Origin: Zancudomyces culisetae HAW-14-8
Lineage: Eukaryota; Fungi; Kickxellomycota
Direction: 5' to 3'
NCBI GenBank assembly: GCA_052426225.1
Contig: JBNJNM010000011.1
Location: forward strand, 496,001-560,000
Length of the DNA: 64,000 nucleotides
The position numbers were made by a program, and so were the translations under genes. Below the pieces are notes generated by a model, which saw only the letters and a program-made list of their open reading frames with translations, ran no database searches and was not told the origin of the DNA. How positions within the stretch are numbered: position 1 is the first letter of the stretch; the number at the start of each line of letters is the position of its first letter. Below, piece by piece: positions 36,129 to 47,419 of this stretch.

Positions 36129-39005
36129 ATACCAGTACACTCAGTATATATGACGGTTTTCATAAAATATCTTTATTACTCTTGGATTTTTCAAATCTCA
36201 CTAAACACTAATTCTCTAAAAAAAAAACTATATACATTATACAGCTCACGCCCCAATATAAAACTCCTGTTTACTTTCCTGTAGCTTTTATACAAATACA
36301 CACATATATTATATCTTCTTTTTTTCTTTCTTTTCCACCCATTCATTCGACCTTACACCTGCGTTAAATTTCTATAATCATATTCTCCATTGCCAGTTGA
36401 AAAATTTGCTCTGCATCCAAAAATAGCTCGGAAAAGTATTTCTTCTCTGCGACAGATCGCAAAACCCATCCCCCAGGCTCAAAACTCTGTACACTGATCC
36501 ATTCTATCTCTCCATTTGCTAGTTCTCGTACTTCTTCATAACTTTCAATATATGCTCTGATGCTACCTGGTACCTTTTGACAGTTACCATGATTAATTGG
36601 GATGCTAATAATCTGAAACTTTCGTACAACTTTGTTATTAGCTGAGGTACGGAGCGCATGATATATTGCAGAAACTGCGTCGTTTTTTGATGGCCGTGGA
36701 AGTATTCCTGCTGCTTCTGCAAGTGCCTGAACTCCAGACAATCCGCTACCAGGTGTATATACTCTCCGTGACTGTGCAATCTGTGGATCTGTAACTTCAT
36801 TCTTAATATTTATCGAACAAAAATCCCTCTTTTTTCCTCCCCATCTTTTTCTGTATTTGGTATGCACTATTTCGGCCACGCCTAACAGTATTCCTTCAAT
36901 ACATTTAATTTCAATGATGTTTGTATTGTAAAGCCTCTGACTTTTGGCTTGATCCAAAAACAACAACTTTCTTAATGTTTCATATTTGACATTACTACTT
37001 TTCACTTCTCGACAATACCATTGTTTTGTATCTCCTGGTGAAAGTGATTTCTTTCTTACTGAAATAGCATTTTCTCGCTTTACTACTGGCCATTTTGAAG
37101 AAAAAAACATCAGATCATTGCACTTGCTTTCCCATTCCTTGATAAAACTTTCAAATTCTACACTATTTGTGCTAGGAATATCTTTGTAGCTTAATGGCTT
37201 TATAGTCATTTTTTAGTGTTGAGGGTAGATAGACTGTGAAGGTTAGTATCAGCGTTTTCTGAGTATGATTATGATTGCTGTTGTCAATCTGTTATTGCTG
37301 TTGATGTTGTTATTCTGCTATTGCTGTTGCTGTTGTCAATCTGTTATTGCTGTTGATGTTGCTATTCTGCTATTGCTGTTGCTATTGTTATTCTGCTATT
37401 ACTGTTGATGTTGTTATTCTGCTATTGCTATTGCTGTTGCTATTGTTATTCTGCTATTGCTATTGCTATTGCTATTGTTATTCTGCTATTGCTGTTGCTA
37501 TTGCTATTCTGCTATTACTGTTATATATTACCATTACATTATCTTCTCGTTAACATTGGTACACCTTACACCCTTTCTGTACATGATATGTGCTATCTAA
37601 TAGTTAATATCTAGTATCTAACATATATCGGCTGCTATACTTTGGTTTTCATATATACACACACAGTTACACAATCTTTCTTTGTTATACACTATGTAAT
37701 TATAGGTTTCGATATATCTCACTATTACTAACTATTTTTTTGTATGTTGAGTTTAAAATTTGCATGAAGATATCGATATGTTTTTATTACTGTAGTGATA
37801 TTACTATATTTACTTGTTTTAAAGGTGAAGTATATTTATTCTTGCACATGTTTTAGTTTTTCCACTCTTCTATTTTTTTAAAATAAAAATAGAGGTTTTT
37901 ATTATTATCTCGTCAATAAGATCCATTAAATACCAAGCCTATTACATGAACATATGGAGTTGTTTCTGCTTTTACTAACTCATATCAATCTCCACCATTT
38001 TTTGTGTCCTTTTTGTGTCCTTTTTGTGTTAACTTTTTTACTTTTGTTCTACACCATTTTCCTCATTTTATGCTGTAATGTTTTTTATAACTGTATGATA
38101 AAATATTAACCTATTATTGACGTTAAACAAACTGTTCAAGCAAGACGCAAAACTACTAACATGAAGAGCTGTATATAACAGAAACTGTGTGAAAACAAAA
38201 CCATATAGTTGTTGATTGTAAATTAATCCAACACTCAAACGTCATTCGAGTTTATTTCACCACTCAATTGGGAGAACTGGTTTTGAATATTTTTTTTAGG
38301 TTTTACATTTTTTGTTTCTGAATTGCCCTTTTATCATTATTTTTGTAAGTGGAGTGGAATGTTTGAATATTAGAGAAGGATAGATATGAGCCTGGTTAAG
38401 ATATATAAAAGTTGGTATAAATGAGTAGTTAAGTGATTCGTTGATTGTACAAACAAGGGTTGAGTGAGATAGTATAGGAGAGTATAGGAGAGTATAGGAG
38501 AGTGTAGAATGGTGTAGAATAGTATAGGAGAGTTCAAGAGAGTGTAAAAAAGCATAGAAAAGCATAGAAAAGCATAGAAAAGTTATTAAGTCAGTTGTCA
38601 GGATGTTATCTTCAATACCACCAAATCAACTTAATGTAAGCTGAACTAGGGAGAACTAGTTTGTGTTGGTTATACTTGTGTTTATGTTTGTGTTAGAGTC
38701 TGGCTGAACTAGGTCAGTCGAAAAAAAAAGAATATACATAACTATTAGACACAAGAAAAATGCAAAGAGGAGGAGTTAATGAGAGTGGGGTGAAGGGGTG
38801 AGGAGGTGAGGAGGTGAGGAGGTGAGGAGGTGAGGAGGTGAGGAGGTGAGGAGGTGAGGAGGTGAAGATGAAGATGTAGCAAGGTATACTTTTGTATCAG
38901 TTTGCCAAGGTATATGGCCATATATATCAGAATATGATGTACCCATCATTATTGTATTTTGTTTTTTGTTTTTTCTTTGTTTTTGTTTTTTGTTTCTGTT
39001 GTATT
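36129..39005 (-). repeat. Right arm (2877 bp) of large inverted repeat
   Basis: Reverse complement of 28901-31737; 40 bp longer because (AGGAGGTG) occurs 8 times (38801-38864) versus 3 times in the left arm. Confidence 0.97.
36364..37209 (-). CDS. START/SRPBCC-like (DUF3074-like) protein, copy 2
   Basis: Translation identical to 30657-31502. Confidence 0.7.
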   Translation of the reverse strand: MTIKPLSYKDIPSTNSVEFESFIKEWESKCNDLMFFSSKWPVVKRENAISVRKKSLSPGDTKQWYCREVKSSNVKYETLRKLLFLDQAKSQRLYNTNIIEIKCIEGILLGVAEIVHTKYRKRWGGKKRDFCSINIKNEVTDPQIAQSRRVYTPGSGLSGVQALAEAAGILPRPSKNDAVSAIYHALRTSANNKVVRKFQIISIPINHGNCQKVPGSIRAYIESYEEVRELANGEIEWISVQSFEPGGWVLRSVAEKKYFSELFLDAEQIFQLAMENMIIEI

Positions 39006-40315
39006 TTATGGCATTGGTGATTTTTGTTTAACTTTAACCCATTCTTTTTTCGTTACTATTACCCTTTATGACCATTAGCTCAAACTTTCTGTAAGTATGA
39101 CGCTCTTAGGGAAACGAAGAGGAATTAGTTGAATAGAGATATTGTGTAGATTACCTTTTAGTAGTTTTATATGGATTTTAGTTAATGAGTTTATCAAACA
39201 ATATTGTCAGATACTAACTCCAACGTTTTTTCGTGTCACAATTTCGAATGAATGTTTTGAATATTAGGTATACTTCAGTTATCTGAAATATTATGCATTC
39301 TAGCCTAATATTTATGATTAACGTAGTAGCTAAATAGTTTACAGATTCATTGATAACTGTAAATTTCCCAAGGATTAATATCTCCAAAAGTTCCAGACTT
39401 AGGTTGCTCACTTTTACTTACTTGACGCTTTGACTTATGCTTATGGCTATTAACACAGGTGGATTATAGTCACAACAGTATCAAGTATATATAATACTCA
39501 AAAATCATGTGATCCATACATACTGTACTTGCAAGTAATATCCTTAACCTGCAAATTTTATCTTGATAGACCATTGAGATGTTCAGCTCTATACACTAGC
39601 ATTTTCTAGCACTCTTTATATCACTTTGTTTAAATGAGTTTAGCCTTTTTCGAGCTTTATAGCATCTAAATATCTGCCATTCGCAATATTAGTGTATTTT
39701 TTTCTCTTTTCTCGCCATTACCAAATTAACTTTGTTAATAAAAACATCATATGTTCGTACATAGTTGTAAATGTACCCATGCAATAATTGGAGTAAAAAC
39801 ATTTAAAAGGAAATTTTTTTAATAGTAGCGTTGCTTAGCATAAAATTATTTTTTGCAATTACAGAAAAATTTGTTGTTAATTCTTAATTAGGTTATTTAA
39901 ACTCTTTTAAACCTGTGCTTAGAGAAAATACTAGGAAAAAACAATCTTGCTATAGATGCAACCTAAAATAATGCTGAATACTATGGTATGAAAAATTAAG
40001 ATACCGGTAATAAGGTACAGTCGATATCCGAGATAGAAGGTTTTCTGAGGGGGTTCGAATAGTAGTTATTGATAATAATGTCTTATACCCGAAATTAAGG
40101 TACAGGATGTTTGTGCTTTTATCAGTGCAGCATTTTATTTATGAAAATGTATCTACTTCCTATATAAACAGGTGAGTAAAGAACTTCTGTTGTTTAATTT
40201 TTGTAGGAGCAAAATCAAGAGTGCAAATAGTAAAACATAAATGAAAATTTTGGAAAGATTTTGGAAAAAAGACGAAAGGAATGATAAAAACAAGAAAAAG
40301 AAAAAGAGGGAATGA

Positions 40316-42121
40316 ATGCAAAATAAAAAGATAATGAGTAGACAACAAGGAATAGAGGATGTAGACATATATAAAAGAGATTACAGCATTGGAATTTCGG
40401 GAGAAACCAGTAGAGGAACCGCTGGATCTATGAAAAACAAGAAGCTGTTTGATTACGAACTTGGAAAAGTAAGATTGGTCTCTGATATTCTCAAAAACAG
40501 TAAGAAAAATAGATTTGGAACATCCATTCGAGAAAGTGATGTTAATAAAAGTGGAGTGAGGGCTGGGAAAGCAAATCAAAACAGTAAAAAACTAGAGAAT
40601 GTTGTAGAAAATCCAAAAAAAAAACCTGAAACACGTAAAGCTGTCTTGAAGAGGGAGGAAAGTAAGATCAGCGAAATAAAAAAAAGTAAACGTGTAGATG
40701 GTGGGTTGAATCTAGGTATATGTGATAATGGAACTATGCAAGAGAAAGAAGGGCCGAAAGTACGTGGTGGAGCGATGGGCACAGGGTATGAATTAGAAAT
40801 TAAGATGGTAGCATGTGAAAAAGGAGAAAGTCGGGGGCTATTGAGCAAGGCAAATCATTCAAAAGCCCGTGAAAGTGTATGTACAAGACAGGCAGGAAAG
40901 AATGAATTCAGAGGCGATGTCAATCGAGGACGCTATCTGAAAAGTGCAAACGCAGAGGAAAGGGAGAGCGTTCAAAAGGGAGCGCACGGGTATGGATGGG
41001 TGGGGAGAGGGGATAAAGGAATCTTTCCGGGGTTCATAACGGTGAGTGTACCGACAAGAGGTAGGGAGGGGGTATTGAAAAAGCTGGAGGAGATAATAGC
41101 GAGTAGCAACAAAGAGGCTGGGAAAACAGGACCAGTGATAGGGGGTTTAGGGCGAAGAAAAGTTGGGAAAACAACAATACTGTCAGCTCTTAGAAATAGG
41201 GGCACGTGTAATCCAAGCTATACAAAACAAGATAAAAAAGAGGGGGTAGGGGCGTTTGTTACACCTGGATTTGGGGTTCTGCTAGATTTTCCGGCGATTT
41301 GTGTAGAAAATGAATTTGTAGGAGAAAGCAGTGGAGGAGTACACCAGAGAGAAGTAGGTTTTGGGCAGAAAAGACAGGGGATGCTAGTTGAAACTAATGA
41401 GCAGAGAGCCCGTGATCTGCATCTTGTAGTGGCGGCGATTCACGTTTGCGACATAGTATTGCTGGTACTAAACATTGAAGAAACTGAGGTGGATAGAGGT
41501 ATGCTTACTATACTTAAAGAAGCCAGGGAAACGGCTCTGAATCTACAAAAGGATAAAGCGAAGGGTAGCTTTGGAACTAGCACAAAAGGCAGAGGTGAGA
41601 CGTCATTTGGGGGTAATGCGTTAAAAAAGGGTGTGGCTGATTTTATAGTTTTGTATAACAGAACGGATAAAAACCAGGACACACTCGCTAATCCAACCAA
41701 TGCCGGGGAGGTTGGAAGCTGGGTCGATTGCTATCCTGACCAAAAAGTGCAACGTCCGAGGATGGTGGCAGAACTACGAAACCTGGGGTTTAATGTTATC
41801 AACTATATTCATATACCCCGACCTTCCGATCTGGTGTCACCACAACTGTCAGTCGCCTCCAGTTTGGCGGAGTTTTGGGCAGATATACCACTAGATTCCA
41901 CAAAAGACACCACATCATCCATTCAGTCGACAAATGCGGGATATAACAACAGTGATGACAACGATAGCCATCGTTACAACACATCTGTGGCCAAGCCGTG
42001 GTGTTACTTTACCTCTAGATATCGCCAAAGAACGCTTTCAAAGCCCCCACATGTGAATAGCGGCTATCTTTTCAATGATACTATTGACTACTTGGCTCGG
42101 ATAACCTACTTTGCCACCTAG
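40316..42121 (+). CDS. SMG9-like P-loop NTPase (nonsense-mediated decay SMG1C subunit candidate)
   Basis: Long K/G-rich N-terminus, then VIGGLGRRKVGKTTILSAL (Walker A), VLLDFP and LHLVVAAIHVCDIVLLV..DRGMLTILKEA, which parallel SMG9 motifs as I recall them. Confidence 0.55.
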   Translation: MQNKKIMSRQQGIEDVDIYKRDYSIGISGETSRGTAGSMKNKKLFDYELGKVRLVSDILKNSKKNRFGTSIRESDVNKSGVRAGKANQNSKKLENVVENPKKKPETRKAVLKREESKISEIKKSKRVDGGLNLGICDNGTMQEKEGPKVRGGAMGTGYELEIKMVACEKGESRGLLSKANHSKARESVCTRQAGKNEFRGDVNRGRYLKSANAEERESVQKGAHGYGWVGRGDKGIFPGFITVSVPTRGREGVLKKLEEIIASSNKEAGKTGPVIGGLGRRKVGKTTILSALRNRGTCNPSYTKQDKKEGVGAFVTPGFGVLLDFPAICVENEFVGESSGGVHQREVGFGQKRQGMLVETNEQRARDLHLVVAAIHVCDIVLLVLNIEETEVDRGMLTILKEARETALNLQKDKAKGSFGTSTKGRGETSFGGNALKKGVADFIVLYNRTDKNQDTLANPTNAGEVGSWVDCYPDQKVQRPRMVAELRNLGFNVINYIHIPRPSDLVSPQLSVASSLAEFWADIPLDSTKDTTSSIQSTNAGYNNSDDNDSHRYNTSVAKPWCYFTSRYRQRTLSKPPHVNSGYLFNDTIDYLARITYFAT

Positions 42122-42435
42122 CTTTTGTATTAATCTTAGCTGACTTTTTTTTAAACTTTGAAATATGCTTGTTATAGCGATTTTTTTAGCTTCTTTTTGT
42201 GGAACTGAAATTATACCTAAAACTTTGGACATGTCTATTGAATATCACAAATACAAGCCAAATGAAGTTTAACACTGAAAGACAGCAACTAGACGCATAA
42301 TAGAATATGGGAGATGCTTGACGAGGTCAATGGGTAATGGTAAAACAAAAAAAACATATTGTTGCAAGAGTAACAATTTTGAACAAAAACAAGGTCAATC
42401 TTTTATTAACAGAAAAAAAACCAAAGTTATTAAAT

Positions 42436-43251
42436 TTAAGATACAAGGGTGGATGCAGTTGATGACTCGCTATAATAAAAAACAATTCACAGATGGTTAA
42501 ATTATATATGCATAAAAAAAGTAAAAAAAAAAGACAATTATTGAGCAATATATTGAAATATAAAACCCAAGATAATGTCCGTTATCCATTTCATGTATAT
42601 TACGCAAATACACACATATGGCTTATTTTTTCTTTCTTTTTTTAACTCCTTCATCACAAATGAAGTAAAGCATGGCGATATTGCAAACCACAACTCAACA
42701 CTTTTGTGACAAGTAAATAAAAAAATATGGCCAAATGCAGGCCGCAACGTTATAAACGTAATAAAAATACATATAGGAAATGTATCACAAGACAATAAAG
42801 CAACTAAGATATAGAATAGTGACACTTACTATCTCCAGGTTGGTGGCAATTGACCTGAGGTTCTGTAGTATCTGGCAAGTCTGTGGACACGGGATTCGAT
42901 CAAAATCAATCTGTATTTGGCATCGTGGTCCTTCTTGTTTCTTTCCAAGTGCTTGCGAACTGAGACTGCCTTCTTGATCAAGAAGTACAAGTCTTCTGGG
43001 ATCTCTGGAGCCAATCCACTTGATCTCAAGATTCTTACAATCTTGTTTCCGGTAACGAAACGAACAACTGGGATTCCGTGGCTGTCTCTCAAAACAACAC
43101 CGATTTGAGATGGGGTTACACCCTTCTTGGCCAACTTGCAGATGGTTTGGCAGACTTCGTCTGGTGTAGTCTTGACCCAAGCTGGTGGAGTGCGTCTGTA
43201 TGGGAGAGCTGATGAGCTCATTCCCTTTCCTGGTGTGTGCATGCGTCCCAT
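42436..43251 (-). CDS. RPS13: 40S ribosomal protein S13 (uS15), 2 exons: 42830-43251, 42436-42469
   Basis: [33 protein letters not shown]; the TA|GTAAGT...TATAG|C intron restores the C-terminus [11 protein letters not shown]. Confidence 0.97.
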
Positions 43252-44182
43252 TTTGTCGTTAGTTCAACTTTTTTTTTTCCTCTACTAGTATATATTAAAA
43301 GGTTGATAAAAAGAAACACATTAAAGCTAATGTTTGGTCACTTATATACTACTATTTTTTTTTTAGGCAAAAAATTTTCAAATTTGGGCTAAAAAAAAAA
43401 AGTTAAAAAAATTTTTTTTTTCCGGTTTTTTTGTTACAATTGCAATTTTGGTCATTAAAAAAAAAACAAAGAAAATGTCTGGGAAAAATAGTATACGTTT
43501 TCAAATCTGAAATTGGCTTGTGATAAAAACTGACCCGAAACTGTTTTACCATATGGTTATTGGACAGAAACTTGAATTTCTGAGTCGCCCAATACTAATT
43601 AAAAGACTATAATCTAAATAGCATTTGCCAAAGCCCAAAATTAGGTACAAGTAGCGTGATACTCCAAAAACACTATTATGGCTAAACGCAACCTAAAAAG
43701 CAGTTACTAGTAGGAAATGAAATAGTTAGTGTAATCATCATTGGGTCATAGATCAAAAACATCACAACTTGCACCAAGCATTATTATTTTATTTTTTTCG
43801 AAAATCTACAACTGTACACAAGTGTGATGGAAACTATATTGCACAGGAAACTTAACAGCGCATCTGCTGGTCATACTAGCTGCTAGGCTTTTCACCAACA
43901 TTTTGCTGTTATTTTTCAACAAAATTAGCAAAAGGAGATTATGTGATAGATAATATTAGTGTTGTGTTGTGCAGGTCAATTTGATACATGTTGAAGTCAA
44001 ACGCAAGCTTGTTTTCTTTCTTTAAATGTTGTATTATAAAATGCAACAAAACCCAACTAATAAATATAAACAATGATCTGGCTATATATGTAGGTATGCC
44101 ACGCTATATCGACTTACTAGAATATACCACTCAACTCGAAAAATCACATACAGTAATAAATGCATTAAAAATATCTTTAGCA

Positions 44183-46729
44183 CTACTCGCTCTTTAGCTT
44201 TTCTTCCTGGTTCTCAACTGCACTCTGTTTCTTGTGCTTCTGTTTACGTCGTGCGATGTAGTTAGCTATTGCGGCAAGTACCGGTAGTGTTATTGGCAGA
44301 AAGTATGGTAGATACATGGCATATTTATGCTCAGTTGGAAAATACAGCATGGAAACCATTGTATCATGGAAAAATGCAAAGTTTGCATACTGAGCAGCCA
44401 TAACGCTGTTAATGAACTCTAAATTTGGAACGGCCAAGTTCTGTAGAGACAGCTCAACCGCTTCTTTGATTTCGTCTCGGATAACCATATCAGTCATCGA
44501 GGTTGTTAGTCTGTACAGAGCGTTAAGCGTCGATATCGCTGAAGCTGTGTTTTCTACTGTATACTTGTTCTTCAGGAACAGGTGTTCCCAGAAATCCAAA
44601 CCGACATAATTTACTTGAGCGTACCCACCGGTATCACTGCTCTTGGTATTGCTGGGATAGGTGATCTGTGCGTACGAGTTCTGTACACAAGCGTAGTTTT
44701 AAGTGAAGATTAATAAAGTGTTTTCGTATTGTCTGTATGATTAAAAAATCACTGCTTAATATTAAATGTAAAAGATGTATTGTATTTACCTTTAAGTGTG
44801 GCTGAGCCAATTCAAAGTTTTCTTGTGTACCCAAAAGCTGCCTCAATTGCGTCAAGAATATCTCAAAAATGTGTTCCAACGCTTTTAAATCCAACATTAC
44901 TTGGTTGTTATGAGAACTTTTATGCTCAGGATCCTGTTTGTTCTTGGTAACAGGATTATGGATTACAACACCACCCCATTGCGGAAGTAAAAAGCCGTTA
45001 TTTGCGCTTGGTTTTCCTAAGATTGAATGCCAAAAGTGTTTAATAACGCCGTCTAGTTATGAGAAATTCATATAATGACATTTTCCTGATATCAGGCATG
45101 AATAATAAACCTTACCATTTGGAGATAGGAGATAAAGCGGTCCCAATTTCTCGCTGGCAACATAGATAACAAACTGGATTGAGGGTAGATCAGTATCAGT
45201 AGAAGCAAAATTCCACTCAGCAGAGTTGATAAAATTGGGTAGCTTTGAAGCACTGATATGTCTAGCATTGTTCTGCTCAACTGGTTGTACATTTGTAAGC
45301 TCTGTAAAGTGTTGAATCTGAGAAGTGACTTTAAATTCCACCAAATCCGAAATTTCGTTAAGAAACGGCTCCAGATACTCTATGTTCATGGTCAAAATAG
45401 AATTATATCGCGTTTAGTGGAGGAAAGAAAAGGGAAGAAGAGCATTTTGAGAGCGGGGAGAGAGGAGTGATAAAAACAACTGTTCAATAAAAAATATACC
45501 TTTGATCGCACTTTCAATCTCCCAGTCAAGACATGTTCCATCGTATGTCTCCTTCATTAAACTTATATTAATGAGGTATTTCTTTGAGTATTTCATCGCA
45601 CGTTGTTTTTCCCAGTTGATCTAAGTTTTATATCAAATTTTATATATAAAAACCAGTACAGTTGTATCTGAAATAAAACTATCAGCACGTGATCCGACTT
45701 ACGCCATTGTTAGCTTTGTTTTTCAGGCTCTTAGGTCTTGAATAAACTGAATCGCGAATCCCTTTGAGCTGTTGAACCATTACTCCTTTAAAAAAGTCGC
45801 TAAGCACATCTGTCAAACTCTTCAGTGTGTCTACTGTTTTATTAGCAGTGTTTTGAAGGAAATATGATAATAGGATTAATAGGATTGATACTTCGATAGA
45901 CAATCGGAAAGAAATGGTGTTCGAATAACCTACCTGAGGGTGTGAGTTTGCTATTATCGAAATCAACTTTAATGAGCCCTGTACTTTCCACAATGACATT
46001 AAACGCTTTATCGTTTTCATTTTTTGCTTCACGCAGCACCACCGCAACCTCAGCATCAGTACCCGCAGACTGTCTTTTTTCTAAAACCTCTGAAATCGAA
46101 ACGTCGCTTCTACCTACATGGCTGGCAATTATCGGTTTGAACTTTACCACTGGATTATTGACATCGTTGGAATCTCTAATATGCAGCTTTCCAGTTTTTG
46201 ATTCGATACTATCTTTTAACACTTGATCGATCTTTGAAAAACTTGCACCAAAGTCTTTGCTAGTATTTTCACTCTCGTCTGAATATATTCCCACTCTGAA
46301 AGGTAACTCGATAATCTATTTTCATTTTGTTCTCCCATTATTTGCACAATGACATACATAAAATGCACACGGAAGAATTCCCTTTTGAAAAAAAATGGGA
46401 GATAGAAAAAGACAAATTTTCAGACTCTTACAAAGTTCTTTTCCAGTCTCGTAATATCACTTCCCGGCAATTCTGCCCGATACAAACGAGTAGTAAAATA
46501 CCAAATTGGGGCACCAATTCCAAACATAAATATCAACACTGTGATGATTGTAACAGTGACCTCAGTCTCCGGTGCTATTTAGTTGTGTATGTGGAAATTA
46601 GCTCAATGAAAAAAAAAATACGTGTTGCGAAGTAGTATAGAAGTATCTAGCAAAAGTAAAATACACTTTACTCAAAGATTCGATGTTTGGTTTTTTTCTG
46701 CCTTCGCGAAACCTTCGAAGTATATCCAT
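44183..46729 (-). CDS. GPI17: GPI transamidase subunit PIG-S/Gpi17 (multi-exon; internal boundaries approximate)
   Basis: Exon fragments with LPNFINSAEWN, GFLLPQWGGVVIHNP, FLTQLRQLLG, AFFHDTMVSMLYFPTEHKYAMYLPYFLP, all PIG-S motifs; ATG at 46729. Confidence 0.88.
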
Positions 46730-47419
46730 TTCTTTTTATCTTTATGAAGCAAATGAAGGGGAGATGTGAAGGTGTGAGGGTATAAATGTGAGAAAGTGAA
46801 TATGGCTGTTTTTTTGTGGAAAAAAAAAGGTAATTTAGGAAATGTATAAAAGCTTTTGGTACAGGTTTGTGAGCCTATTTACTAGTCCCAATTGAGTTTG
46901 TTGTTTTATAATACTAATTGTTTGTGAAATTAATTGAACATTAACAATTTGTAATTCTACTTTTGTATGCTGAATTTAAATATCTAAAAATTGGAAAAGG
47001 CTAATTAGCTAAAAAGACATCCAAAAAAAAGTATGTAAAATTATACAAAACATATAAACTATTTGCCATAAAATAAACGAGTAAAACTTGCAAATTTTTT
47101 TTCTTAGCCCATATTTGTATTGAGCTCAAATTTTGCGGATATATTTCTAGGTTAGTGCAAAATATCATCAATCATAAAAAACACCTCCAGCTTATACCTA
47201 TCTATGATAGAAAACTAAATAATTTAATCAAAGATCAAGACAGATAAATTCCAAGATATTAAAATCGAGCACAACCTAAATATACAATAACTATAATTAC
47301 GATTATCTAGAATCCACAAACAAAATCCGGCCAAGTGACGATTTTTTTTATTCATTTGGAATACATAACACATACTGTAACACAATATATAACAGTAAGC
47401 GAAAAAACTACCTACAATC

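Noticed and set aside
28901-39005. Composite DNA transposon / foldback element with giant TIRs
   Set aside because: No transposase and no target-site duplication in the outer flanks (AAATAAATAT vs TTATGGCATT); the core holds an essential complex I gene.
42640-42660. C box (TGATGA, minus strand) suggesting a U14-like snoRNA in the RPS13 intron
   Set aside because: No downstream CTGA D box or 18S-complementary U14 domains found.
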